Part shown: positions 40,766 through 49,326 of the stretch, one piece after another
Layout of the letters: each line of letters opens with the position of its first letter
Numbering within the stretch: the first letter of the stretch is position 1
Assembly: GCA_021797795.1 (NCBI GenBank)
Contig: JAJZZB010000006.1
Span: 1 to 50,236, forward strand
Direction of reading: 5' to 3'
DNA length: 50,236 bases
Origin: Actinomycetes bacterium
Lineage (GTDB): Bacteria > Actinomycetota > Acidimicrobiia > Acidimicrobiales > Bog-793
The notes under the pieces: generated by a model
The model's database searches: none
The model's input: only the letters and a program-made list of their open reading frames with translations
Told to the model about the DNA's origin: nothing
Translations under genes and position numbers: made by a program

Positions 40766-41562
40766 CCGGTCCGGCGCTGTACCTCTACGCCATCGTGCCC
40801 ACGGGGGTACGGCTCCCCGGGGTGGTCGGCGTCTCCGAGCAACCGCTGCGCCTTCTCGAGTGTGGGCGGATTGCCGCGCTGGCGAGTGCACTGCCGAAGG
40901 CGGCTGCGCGAGTCAGCGCCGGCAACGTGCGGGCCCACCAACAGGTGGTGGAGGAGTCGCATCTCTCGACGACGACCCTGCCGTTCCGCTTCGGCGTCGT
41001 GGCCGACTCCGAGGAGTCGCTCGTCGGTTCGTTCCTCGCCCGCCACGAGGCCACCCTGGCGCGCAGGCTCGCCGACTTCGAAGATCTGACCGAGGTGAGG
41101 GTGAGCGCCCGCTACGCCGGCGACGCTGCCCTCCGTGAGCTCGTCGCGACAAGTGCCCGGCTTCGACGCCTTCGCGAGTCAGTCGCTCGGCGGCCGGCGG
41201 CGGCGACCTACTACGAGCGCATCGCCCTCGGGGAGGAGGTCGCAGGGGGGCTGGCCGTGCTTCGCGAGCGGGACGCCGACACGTGCTCGTCCTCCCTCGA
41301 GCGCCACGCCAGGGCTGAGCGCAGGCTTCGGCACTCGGGCGAGGACGGCGCCTTCCACGCTGCCTACCTCGTCGAGCAGGACCGGGTGCCCGGCTTCGAG
41401 CAGGGGCTCGAACAGCTCGCTGCCGAGCAGCGGGGCCGCCTCGAGTTCGAGCTGACCGGACCGATGCCGCTCTGGGACTTCGTGGAGATGGACCGGAAGG
41501 ATCTGAAGGGGTTGCCGGACCTGGCTACCGCCGGCCGCGGCCGAGGGCGATGGGCCTCCTGA
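40762..41562 (+). CDS. gvpF: GvpL/GvpF family gas vesicle protein (GvpF position)
   Basis: [44 protein letters not shown]. Confidence 0.9.
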   Translation: MTGPALYLYAIVPTGVRLPGVVGVSEQPLRLLECGRIAALASALPKAAARVSAGNVRAHQQVVEESHLSTTTLPFRFGVVADSEESLVGSFLARHEATLARRLADFEDLTEVRVSARYAGDAALRELVATSARLRRLRESVARRPAAATYYERIALGEEVAGGLAVLRERDADTCSSSLERHARAERRLRHSGEDGAFHAAYLVEQDRVPGFEQGLEQLAAEQRGRLEFELTGPMPLWDFVEMDRKDLKGLPDLATAGRGRGRWAS

Positions 41563-41798
41563 GCAAGCTCGCGCAGCTGCCCCTTGCACCGGTCTCCGGC
41601 GTCGTCTGGCTCGCCGGGCAGATCGAGCAGCAGGCCCGAGCCGAGTGGGACGAGGCCGGCAGCTTCCGCCATGAGCTGAACGAGCTCGTCGCGATGCACG
41701 GGCGGGGGGAGATCTCCGATGACGAGCTCGCTGCCGCAGAGGACGAGCTGCTCGGACGCCTCGACCCGGCGACGGGCGAGCAGCGGGAGGCGCCATGA
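41550..41798 (+). CDS. gvpG: Gas vesicle protein GvpG
   Basis: MGLL..L..LPLAPV.GVVW....I, GEISDDE....EDELL.RL. Confidence 0.9.
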   Translation: MGLLSKLAQLPLAPVSGVVWLAGQIEQQARAEWDEAGSFRHELNELVAMHGRGEISDDELAAAEDELLGRLDPATGEQREAP

Positions 41799-42067
41799 GC
41801 GACGTCGGGAAGAGCCTTGCTGCCGTGATCGAGTCCGCACGCTCCGGCTTCGAGCGCCTGGCGGGGCGCCAGGTGGAGGCAGTGTCGGCGGTGAACCGGC
41901 AGGACGGGGGTTGGCGCCTCGAGTTCGAGGTCGTCGAGCTGGCGCGCATCCCCGGCTCGACCAGCCTGCTCGGGACCTATGAGATACGGGTCGACCACGA
42001 CGGCGAGGTCCTCGAGTACGACCGCGTGCGCCGCTACTACGCCAACCGTGCGGACGAGGAGGCCTGA
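41795..42067 (+). CDS. gvpO: Gas vesicle protein GvpO
   Basis: GWRLEFEVVELARIP.STSLLGTYEI.VD.DG....Y.RVRRY. Confidence 0.92.
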   Translation: MSDVGKSLAAVIESARSGFERLAGRQVEAVSAVNRQDGGWRLEFEVVELARIPGSTSLLGTYEIRVDHDGEVLEYDRVRRYYANRADEEA

Positions 42068-42069
42068 GG

Positions 42070-42435
42070 GTGCAGTTCGACGACGGTTCCGGCGACCTGC
42101 CGGGCTCAAGCCACCGCGGTCTTGTGACTCGCGGCGATACGACCAACCTGGCAGACATCCTCGAGCGGGTGCTCGACAAGGGCGTCGTCATCGCGGGCGA
42201 CATCGTGGTCAGCCTGGTGGACGTCGAGCTTCTCACCATCCGCCTGCGGCTCCTCATCGCCTCGGTCGACAAGGCGAGGGAGATGGGCATCAACTGGTGG
42301 GAAGAGGATCCCTGGCTCAGCGCGGCCGCCGGCGGCGACAGACGCCAGGGCGAGCTCGACGGCCGCCTCGAGCGCCTCGAGCGCTCCGTCGACCGTCTGG
42401 TGGACGCCTTCGAGACGGCGAGAGCACGTTCATGA
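42070..42435 (+). CDS. gvpJ: Gas vesicle protein GvpJ
   Basis: NLADILERVLDKGVVIAGDIVVSLVDVELLTIRLRLLIASVDKAREMGINWWEEDPWL. Confidence 0.94.
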   Translation: MQFDDGSGDLPGSSHRGLVTRGDTTNLADILERVLDKGVVIAGDIVVSLVDVELLTIRLRLLIASVDKAREMGINWWEEDPWLSAAAGGDRRQGELDGRLERLERSVDRLVDAFETARARS

Positions 42436-43238
42436 ACCAGCTGGACCAGGACTCCCCGGCACAGGCGGGATCTCTCTACCTGTACGCGGTGGTGCCGGCG
42501 GACTGCCCGGAGGTGTCGCCTCCCCTGAGTCTCATCCGGCACGGCTCCCTCGCGGCGGTCGCCTCCGAGCCCCCTGACGCGCTGGTGGACCTCGCCGCCC
42601 ACCTCGAGAGCCTGCAGGGTGACCGGGCCGGCTTCGCCGGCCTCGAAGAGGCCGTCCGCACGCACGAGGCGGCAGTCGAGCGCCTACAGGCGGAGTCGGT
42701 CGTCCCGCTCCGGCTCGGCACCACGGTGAGGACGACCGAGGACGTGCGCCGCCTGCTCGACCTCCACGGCAGCGCCTTCTCGAGCTCGCTGTCACGCGTG
42801 GCGGGCCAGGTCGAGTGGTCGGTGCGGGTCTGCACGGCTCCGCAGCCGGCAGGGACGCCATCAGACGACGCGTCGGCCTCCTCGGGTCGGGCATACCTCG
42901 AGCGGCGGCGCCTCGAGAAGGAGTCCGCGCAGCGTGACAGGGCCCGGCGCGAGCAGACCGGAGCCCGCATCGCCGAGCGTCTGGCAGCCGTGGCCACCGA
43001 GGTGGCGCTGGCCTACGACGGCCCCCCCGGCGGACCGGTGCACCCTGAGGGCGCACACGCGGTCGTGCGTCTTGCCTGCCTGGTCCCGAGATCCTCCGGG
43101 GAACACTTCTTCGACGCTCTCGACGATGCCATGGCGGACGTCGGAGACGATGCCTATGCCGAGGTGACGGGGCCGTGGCCGCCGTACCACTTCGTCTCGC
43201 TCCCGGAGCTCGTGGACGGCGAGGCGGGGCCTTCGTGA
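42432..43238 (+). CDS. gvpL: GvpL/GvpF family gas vesicle protein (GvpL position)
   Basis: LYLYAVV, HEAAVE, VVPLRLGT, EWSVRV, SGRAYL, TGPWPPYHFV; ATG 42432 overlaps gvpJ stop. Confidence 0.9.
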   Translation: MNQLDQDSPAQAGSLYLYAVVPADCPEVSPPLSLIRHGSLAAVASEPPDALVDLAAHLESLQGDRAGFAGLEEAVRTHEAAVERLQAESVVPLRLGTTVRTTEDVRRLLDLHGSAFSSSLSRVAGQVEWSVRVCTAPQPAGTPSDDASASSGRAYLERRRLEKESAQRDRARREQTGARIAERLAAVATEVALAYDGPPGGPVHPEGAHAVVRLACLVPRSSGEHFFDALDDAMADVGDDAYAEVTGPWPPYHFVSLPELVDGEAGPS

Positions 43239-43831
43239 CCTCCGGCCTCGAGACTGAGGCGAGGGCGGCAAGAGCAGACGAGCTCTCGCTCGCCGAACTC
43301 CTCGACCGCCTCATCGGCGGCGGCGTGGCTCTGCAGGGGGACCTCGTGCTCTCGGTGGCGGGTGTGGATCTCGTCTGGCTCGGCCTTCGCGCCGCCTTGG
43401 CCGGCGCCGACCTTGCGCCGCCTGGCGCCGGCGACGACCTCCCTCGCCACCTGCCCACGAGCGGCTCCGCAGGCTGCCGGGGATCCCGGAGGGACCGGCC
43501 GGCGGCGCGACCCGATCCCGGCTCTCGGGCAGGCGAGCTCCCGACCGGCATCCCCGGCGGCGGACGGGACACCCGTGTCGAGGTCGACGACGACCGCGTC
43601 GAGGAAGGACTCGTGCGCCTCGTGCTCTCGGTGGTGGAGCTCCTGCGCCAGCTCATGGAAGGGCAGGCACTTCGCAGGATGGACGCCGGCTCCCTCTCCG
43701 AGGAGCAGCTCGAGCGAGTGGGGACCGCCCTCATGCGTCTCAGCGAACGGATGGACGAGCTGCGGCAGTTCTTCGGGCTGACCGAGGACGACCTCGCGCT
43801 CCATCTCGGCAACCTGAAGGACCTCGGGTGA
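43235..43831 (+). CDS. gvpK: Fused GvpS-GvpK gas vesicle protein
   Basis: N-part LAELLDRLIGGGVALQGDLVLSVAGVDLVWLGLRA (GvpS/A-J fold); C-part GLVRLVLSVVELLRQLMEGQALRRM..GSL...Q.ERVG..LM.L...FGL...DL (GvpK); one frame, no stop. Confidence 0.88.
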   Translation: MTSGLETEARAARADELSLAELLDRLIGGGVALQGDLVLSVAGVDLVWLGLRAALAGADLAPPGAGDDLPRHLPTSGSAGCRGSRRDRPAARPDPGSRAGELPTGIPGGGRDTRVEVDDDRVEEGLVRLVLSVVELLRQLMEGQALRRMDAGSLSEEQLERVGTALMRLSERMDELRQFFGLTEDDLALHLGNLKDLG

Positions 43832-43871
43832 CCGCCCGCCACGCGCAACGTGGGAAGCCAAAGGAGGGGTG

Positions 43872-44522
43872 ATGGGACCCAGGAAGAAGACGAGACACGC
43901 CACTGCTGGCCCACTCGTCGTCGTGGGCAGCCTGACCGGCCGCCACCGCGGCAGCGGGAAGGGTTGGAAGACCGGTGCCCAGGTGCTCGCCGGCACGGCC
44001 CGTGCGGTTCCCGACCGGGTGGCAAAGGTCGTCGCCGGCCCGCTCCCGAAGGGAGTGGCGAAGCGCGTGCCCAGCCGGCGCAGGCGCAAGAAGATGGTGA
44101 AGACGCTCACCGGCGACATCGAACGGCTGAGCGGGCTGGCGAGCGGCCTCAGCACGGTGCTCGGCCTGGCGGCCACGGGCGGAGAGCTGCTCTCGGTTCT
44201 GCGGGACCGACAGGAGCCAGGCGGGAGGGACGAGGACGCTGCCGGGGAGCGCCAGCCGGGCCGAGCACCCGGGACGCCGGCCGCTCGTGGCCCCGGAGCG
44301 ACCTCGGAGGCGCACGACCCGCCTGGGGAGGAGAACGCGGACGACGAGTTGGCCGCCGGGCAGAGCCAGGAGGAGGACGAGGGCGGGGAGGAAGGCCCCA
44401 CAGCCGGCTACGACGACGAAGACGAGGGCTCGTCCGACGAGGATGGTGCCGAGGAGTCGAGCCCCGAGGTCGGAGATGACGAGCACGTCCGCACAGGAGG
44501 CAGGACTCGCCGTGCCAGCTGA
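43872..44522 (+). CDS. Hypothetical protein, basic N-half and acidic disordered C-tail
   Basis: AAGGAGG SD; co-directional with gvp genes; E/D-rich tail. Confidence 0.7.
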   Translation: MGPRKKTRHATAGPLVVVGSLTGRHRGSGKGWKTGAQVLAGTARAVPDRVAKVVAGPLPKGVAKRVPSRRRRKKMVKTLTGDIERLSGLASGLSTVLGLAATGGELLSVLRDRQEPGGRDEDAAGERQPGRAPGTPAARGPGATSEAHDPPGEENADDELAAGQSQEEDEGGEEGPTAGYDDEDEGSSDEDGAEESSPEVGDDEHVRTGGRTRRAS

Positions 44523-44748
44523 GAGTCTTCGTGCCCGCTACATCGGCCTGTTGCTGGAACGGCTGTCGGATACGCGCTACCCGAGCGCCCCGATACTGGA
44601 CCGGATCGAGGCCGCCATCACTGATCGAGACCAGGCCGAGGCATATGTCGGGCAGCTGCTCGGCCTGATCGAACAGGACAGCTACCCGAGCCCCGAGATG
44701 CTGGGGCGCATCCACAACCTCGTCGCGATCATCGAGTCCGCCGCGTAG
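44476..44748 (+). CDS. Small hypothetical protein with two YPS repeats (start 44476 or GTG 44512)
   Basis: LLERLSDTRYPSAPILDRIE / LLGLIEQDSYPSPEMLGRIH internal duplication; last gene of operon. Confidence 0.75.
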   Translation: MTSTSAQEAGLAVPAESLRARYIGLLLERLSDTRYPSAPILDRIEAAITDRDQAEAYVGQLLGLIEQDSYPSPEMLGRIHNLVAIIESAA

Positions 44749-45087
44749 GCAGCTGGGCTCCGGGCCCGCACCCTCGGCCCCTCGGTGCGCGTCCCAGCCC
44801 GACCTCAGCTCGACACGGCATCTGCGCGAGCTGCGCCCGTGCAGCGCTGACGGGGCACGGACCCTGCCCCCTCTGGCCGTTGTGGGGACGACACGACTGC
44901 GCCAGCTCGCCGTCGGCACGAGCGCCGGGCATCGCGGGCAACGGGTTCTCGACTGCCGAGATCGGCGCTCGGAGAGGACGGGCGAAAGCCCATCGGTCGG
45001 CGAGCGCCTTGCGAGGTGCGAACCCAGCGCCGGAGGGCACTCTGCTGGGCGGCCTCTTCGGGTCCTTGCAACCTCGGGTCACGGCCC

Positions 45088-46083
45088 TCACGCCGTCGCC
45101 CGAGGTGCTACCGCCGTAGTCGCCCCCTCGGTTCTGGTCCTGCCGGCGCGCGTGCGCTCGAGCTCGGCGTTGAGCTCCGCTCCGAGCAGCACGACGGCAC
45201 CGGTGGCGTACAGCCACAGGATGAGGATCGCCACGCCGGCGAAGGCTCCGTAGGTCTTGCCATACGAGCCGAAGCTGGACGTGTAGAAGGAGAACGCGAG
45301 AGAGACAAGGACCCAGAGCAAGGTCCCGACAACAGCGCCCGGGGTCAACCACTGCCAGCGGGGCGACTCGCGGTTGGGACCGATCCAGTAGATGAAGGAG
45401 AACAGCAGGCAGACCAGAACGACGGCGGCGATCCACCGCACCGCTGTCCACACCGCGTCGAAGAGGGACCCGCCGATCGGGACGAACCCACCTATGCCGT
45501 GACCGATCTGCGCTCCAAGGACGATCAGAGCGGAGGCCGCCCCTCCGAGCACCGCCACGGCGACCATGAGCTCGAGCGCCACGAGGCGCTTCGCGAGGAA
45601 CTTGCGGTCAGAGGGGATCTCGTAGGCCATGTCGAGGCCGGTCTGCAGCACGGTCATGGACGACGTGGCGCTGAACAGTGCCACCGCCGCGGCGATGATC
45701 GTCGCCACGAGCGCTCCGCTCGCCCGGTGCTGAGCATGCCGGATGGCGCTGGTCAGGACGCCGGACGCGCCGGAGGGGAGCGCCGAAGCGGCGCCGTGGA
45801 TGAGCCTGTCGACGACACTCGAGGGCAGCTGCAGGAGCGAGGTGACGCCGAGCAGCGCGATGAGGGCCGGGAACATGCTGAGGAACCAGCGGTACGCCAG
45901 ACTCCCTCCCACGACGTTCACCCGGTCTGCCTTCGTGTGGGCGAGCGCCCCCTTGCCAGCTGCTCTCCACTCACTCCTCGTGAGCCGGGTCGGCGACTGC
46001 CGATCGAGGGCGGCCTTGTCCGGCTCGCCGGCAGCCGACGCGGTTCGTTCCGCTCCTAGCGGCATCGTGGGGCTCCCCTCCAT
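45088..46083 (-). CDS. YihY/virulence factor BrkB family membrane protein
   Basis: GSLAYRWFLSMFPAL, LDMAYE, WQWLTPGA, FSFY...FGSYGKTYGAFAGV.IL.LWLY, GAELNAELER. Confidence 0.93.
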   Translation of the reverse strand: MEGSPTMPLGAERTASAAGEPDKAALDRQSPTRLTRSEWRAAGKGALAHTKADRVNVVGGSLAYRWFLSMFPALIALLGVTSLLQLPSSVVDRLIHGAASALPSGASGVLTSAIRHAQHRASGALVATIIAAAVALFSATSSMTVLQTGLDMAYEIPSDRKFLAKRLVALELMVAVAVLGGAASALIVLGAQIGHGIGGFVPIGGSLFDAVWTAVRWIAAVVLVCLLFSFIYWIGPNRESPRWQWLTPGAVVGTLLWVLVSLAFSFYTSSFGSYGKTYGAFAGVAILILWLYATGAVVLLGAELNAELERTRAGRTRTEGATTAVAPRATA

Positions 46084-46211
46084 CGATCCTTGCGCGGGAG
46101 ATACCCGAACCTCTGCAGCCGTGCACCATCGTTTCCGGGTCTAGCGACCATCGTGGCTCTACGTATAGGCACTGAGTACAGTCGGGATCAAAGCAGACTC
46201 AGGGAGCAGAC

Positions 46212-47519
46212 ATGGACCAGGAGCGCGGCGTCGCCCGCCAGGGGCGATCGCACGCCGGGAAGAGAGCGGTGAGCCCGCGCGTCCGACTGGCCCGGCGCAA
46301 GGGGCGGCTCCGACTCGCCGCTCTCATCCTCCTGATCGGGGCCGTGTCGCTGGTGTCGCTGCTCGGCGCGGGTGGTGGTTCGCCCGGCGGCGTCGCCCGT
46401 CCCCACTCCGCGGCCACGAGGAAGTCTTCCGCCACGCACTCGAGCTCGGGGTTGCCCTTCCCGTCGTCCCCGGGCACCGGCAAGCGCCCCGGGCCGAACC
46501 TGACCCCCTGGTCTCAGCCCTCCGCACTGCCCGGAGATGTCCTCATCGCCGACGAGGACAACAGCCGGCTGCTCGTCGTCACCCCCACCGGCAGGATCGT
46601 CTGGCAGTTCCCCGGGCCGGGAGGACTCCCCAAGGGAGTCTCCTTCCTCCGCCCGGACGATGCGTTCTTCTCCGCCAACGGCCGGAACATCATCGCCACG
46701 GAGGAGACCGACCAGGTGGTGTCCCTGATCGACGTCGCGAAGGAGCGCTTCCTGTGGCGCTACGGCACACCTGGTGTCCCGGGCGCCACCGCCAATCACC
46801 TGGACAACCCGGACGACGCGATGCTGCTTCCGAACTCTGATCTGCTCGTCGCCGACATCAAGAACTGCAGCATCCTCCTCGTGCACGAGGGCGCCTCACG
46901 CCCTCTGGAGCGCATCGGGATCCAGGACACCCACTGCCTCCACGACCCGCCCCTGCGCTTCGGCAGCCCGAACGGCGCATTTCCCCTCACCAACGGCAAC
47001 TACCTGGTCACGGAGATCAACGGCGACTGGGTGGACGAGATGACACTCCAGGGCAAGGTGCTCTGGTCGACGCACCCGCCGGGCGTGGCCTATCCCTCCG
47101 ACACGAACGAGGTGTCGCCAGGCGTCTTCCTCACCGTGGACTACTCCACGCCGGGACAGGTCGTGGAGTTCAACAAGGCGGGGAAGCTTCTCTGGCGGTA
47201 CGGTCCGACGAGCGGACCAGGCATGCTGCGAACTCCGTCGCTGTGCGAGCCGATCCCGACGAACGGATACATCCTGTGCAACGACGACGGGAACGACCGT
47301 GTCATCGTCATCGACCCTCACACCAATCGAATCGTCTGGCAGTACGGACACACTGGCGTGGAAGGACGAGCTCCGGGCTACCTGGCAGGACCTGACGGAG
47401 TCGACTTGGCCCCCCCTTACTCGATGCTCATCCGCCACAGCCCGACCATGGGGATACCGACCCTGAAGTGTGCTGTGGGCCTGCCGCCCGGCTCCTGCAC
47501 GATCTTCGGTCGGAGCTGA
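46212..47519 (+). CDS. Secreted/membrane-anchored beta-propeller protein (NHL/PQQ-like repeats)
   Basis: Basic + hydrophobic N-terminus, Ser/Pro linker, repeats LIADEDNSRLL, PDDA, IVWQYG, W.YG. Confidence 0.8.
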   Translation: MDQERGVARQGRSHAGKRAVSPRVRLARRKGRLRLAALILLIGAVSLVSLLGAGGGSPGGVARPHSAATRKSSATHSSSGLPFPSSPGTGKRPGPNLTPWSQPSALPGDVLIADEDNSRLLVVTPTGRIVWQFPGPGGLPKGVSFLRPDDAFFSANGRNIIATEETDQVVSLIDVAKERFLWRYGTPGVPGATANHLDNPDDAMLLPNSDLLVADIKNCSILLVHEGASRPLERIGIQDTHCLHDPPLRFGSPNGAFPLTNGNYLVTEINGDWVDEMTLQGKVLWSTHPPGVAYPSDTNEVSPGVFLTVDYSTPGQVVEFNKAGKLLWRYGPTSGPGMLRTPSLCEPIPTNGYILCNDDGNDRVIVIDPHTNRIVWQYGHTGVEGRAPGYLAGPDGVDLAPPYSMLIRHSPTMGIPTLKCAVGLPPGSCTIFGRS

Positions 47520-47576
47520 GGCTGTCCGACCATCGTCTCGTCACCGCCGAACGGCCCGGATAGGCTGCGACGACCC

Positions 47577-47647
<71 letters not shown>

Positions 47648-47865
47648 CCCTCTCACAAGACGTGTGCGGCCAGCCAGGACCTGAAGTCGGCGGCGATCGA
47701 ACCGGTCGGCCGGTGGTCCGGGCCTCACCACCCGTTGCCCTGGGGGTTCGGATCGGTGAGGATGACGTCGGAGGCGGCCTGAACGCCTCGTCGCTCAGGC
47801 CGTCTGACCTCGGTCTTCTCTCTCGCCGGCGCTTCCGGCCTCCAAACGTGGTTCCCGCCGTCCAC

Positions 47866-47892
47866 CGGTTGGCCGGAGGGTGCCGCGGGTAG
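47866..47892 (+). promoter_or_regulatory. Possible SigB/SigF-type promoter
   Basis: CGGTT-N16-GGGTAG upstream of the anti-sigma-like gene. Confidence 0.45.
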
Positions 47893-47916
47893 CAACGTGG
47901 CAGGACAAGGAGGCCC

Positions 47917-48348
47917 ATGTCGATCGAGGTGGAGCGCAGGTTCGGGTCCGACCCTTCCACGCCGGCCGCCGTCCGATCGCTGGTCTCGGAGATGCTCAGG
48001 CTGTGGGAGTGCGGCGATTATGAAGAGACCGCCAGCCTGCTCGCGAGCGAGCTCGCCACGAATGCGCTCGTCCACACAGGTACCGACATCTCCGTGAGGC
48101 TCAGCCTCGACCGCGAGGTCCTGCTCGTCGAGGTGGAGGACGGGTCCCTCGAGCTCCCGAGGCCGATTCCCATCACGACGGACTCCGAGCGCGGGCGGGG
48201 TCTCGTCCTCGTGCAGGCTCTCAGCCAGAAGTGGGGGGCCACCCGCCGAGCGGGCGGCAAGGTCGTCTGGTTCGAGCTGACGGTGCGACCGAGGCCCTGG
48301 CGCGTCGCCGCTCCCCGAGATCCCTCACGTCACGCCGCCGCAGTGTGA
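47917..48348 (+). CDS. ATP-binding protein, RsbW-like anti-sigma factor (HATPase_c)
   Basis: LLASELATNALVH, VEVEDG, ERGRGL.LV..LS..WG, GKVVWFEL. Confidence 0.9.
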   Translation: MSIEVERRFGSDPSTPAAVRSLVSEMLRLWECGDYEETASLLASELATNALVHTGTDISVRLSLDREVLLVEVEDGSLELPRPIPITTDSERGRGLVLVQALSQKWGATRRAGGKVVWFELTVRPRPWRVAAPRDPSRHAAAV

Positions 48349-48397
48349 GCCCTCCACCGCTGCGGGCTCACGGGACCACGTCCGGGTGTAGGACTGG

Positions 48398-49309
48398 ATG
48401 ATGCTGATCGTCGGCACCACACGACATCTCGAAGACCTGGACCGCGCCTACAGCCTCGCAGAGGACGTCGACGTGAAGGCAGTGGCCGTGGCACCGGCTG
48501 GAGCGGCGTCATCTGGCCCGGCCTACGTGCTCCTCGACGGCGAGCGAGTCGACCGGGTCGACGAGCTCGACCTGAAGCCGCTGTTCCGCCTGCCCGATGG
48601 CGGAGGGCAGGCCCTGGCGGCCACACCCGACGGGGAGCTGCTGATCGGTGAGTCGGGTGCTCACCTGTCCCACGCGGCCCCGGAGCCCGAAGCGAGGCCC
48701 GAGCCGGTTGCGTCCTTCGACGCCGTGCCCGGCCGGGATGGCTGGTCGAACCCGGCAGCGGCCACGCCCGAGCTGCGGTCCCTCGCGATCGCCTCGAGCG
48801 GCGCCTGGTTCGTCGGCGTCCATGTGGGCGGACTCTGGCGTTCCGACGACCGCGGTGCCTCATTCCGCAGCGTGATCTCCGAGGAGGCAGACGTGCACGA
48901 GGTTGCAGTCGGCCCCGGCGGGAGGGTGGCGGTGGCGGCGGGCGCCGGCCTCGGCTGGAGCGATGACGGCGGCGAGTCCTGGCACTGGACGACCGACGGA
49001 CTGCACGCCTCCTACTGCCGTGGGATCGCCATCGGCGAGGACGCCGTCTTCGTGAGCGCCTCGACCGGTCCGCGCACGAGTGACGGCCGGCTCTACCGAG
49101 GCGCCTGGGGCGGCGACCTCAGCCCCTGTGGCGGCGGCCTCCCTCCGTCCTTCCCGTTCAACCTCGACAGCGGGTGCGTGACCGCCTCGGGACGGGCGGT
49201 CGCGGTCGGGACGGCCGACGGTCGAGTCTTTCGCTCCGGCGACGGAGGTGACCAGTTCGAGCAGGTCGCCGGTGGGATGCGCCCGGTGCGGGTACTCCGC
49301 TTCGTCTGA
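48398..49309 (+). CDS. BNR/Asp-box (WD40/YVTN-like) repeat protein
   Basis: Asp-boxes RSDDRGASF, WSDDGGESW, RSGDGGDQF; VHVGG, DVHEV, YCRGIA. Confidence 0.85.
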   Translation: MMLIVGTTRHLEDLDRAYSLAEDVDVKAVAVAPAGAASSGPAYVLLDGERVDRVDELDLKPLFRLPDGGGQALAATPDGELLIGESGAHLSHAAPEPEARPEPVASFDAVPGRDGWSNPAAATPELRSLAIASSGAWFVGVHVGGLWRSDDRGASFRSVISEEADVHEVAVGPGGRVAVAAGAGLGWSDDGGESWHWTTDGLHASYCRGIAIGEDAVFVSASTGPRTSDGRLYRGAWGGDLSPCGGGLPPSFPFNLDSGCVTASGRAVAVGTADGRVFRSGDGGDQFEQVAGGMRPVRVLRFV

Positions 49310-49326
49310 TTCGCCGATCGAGCGCC

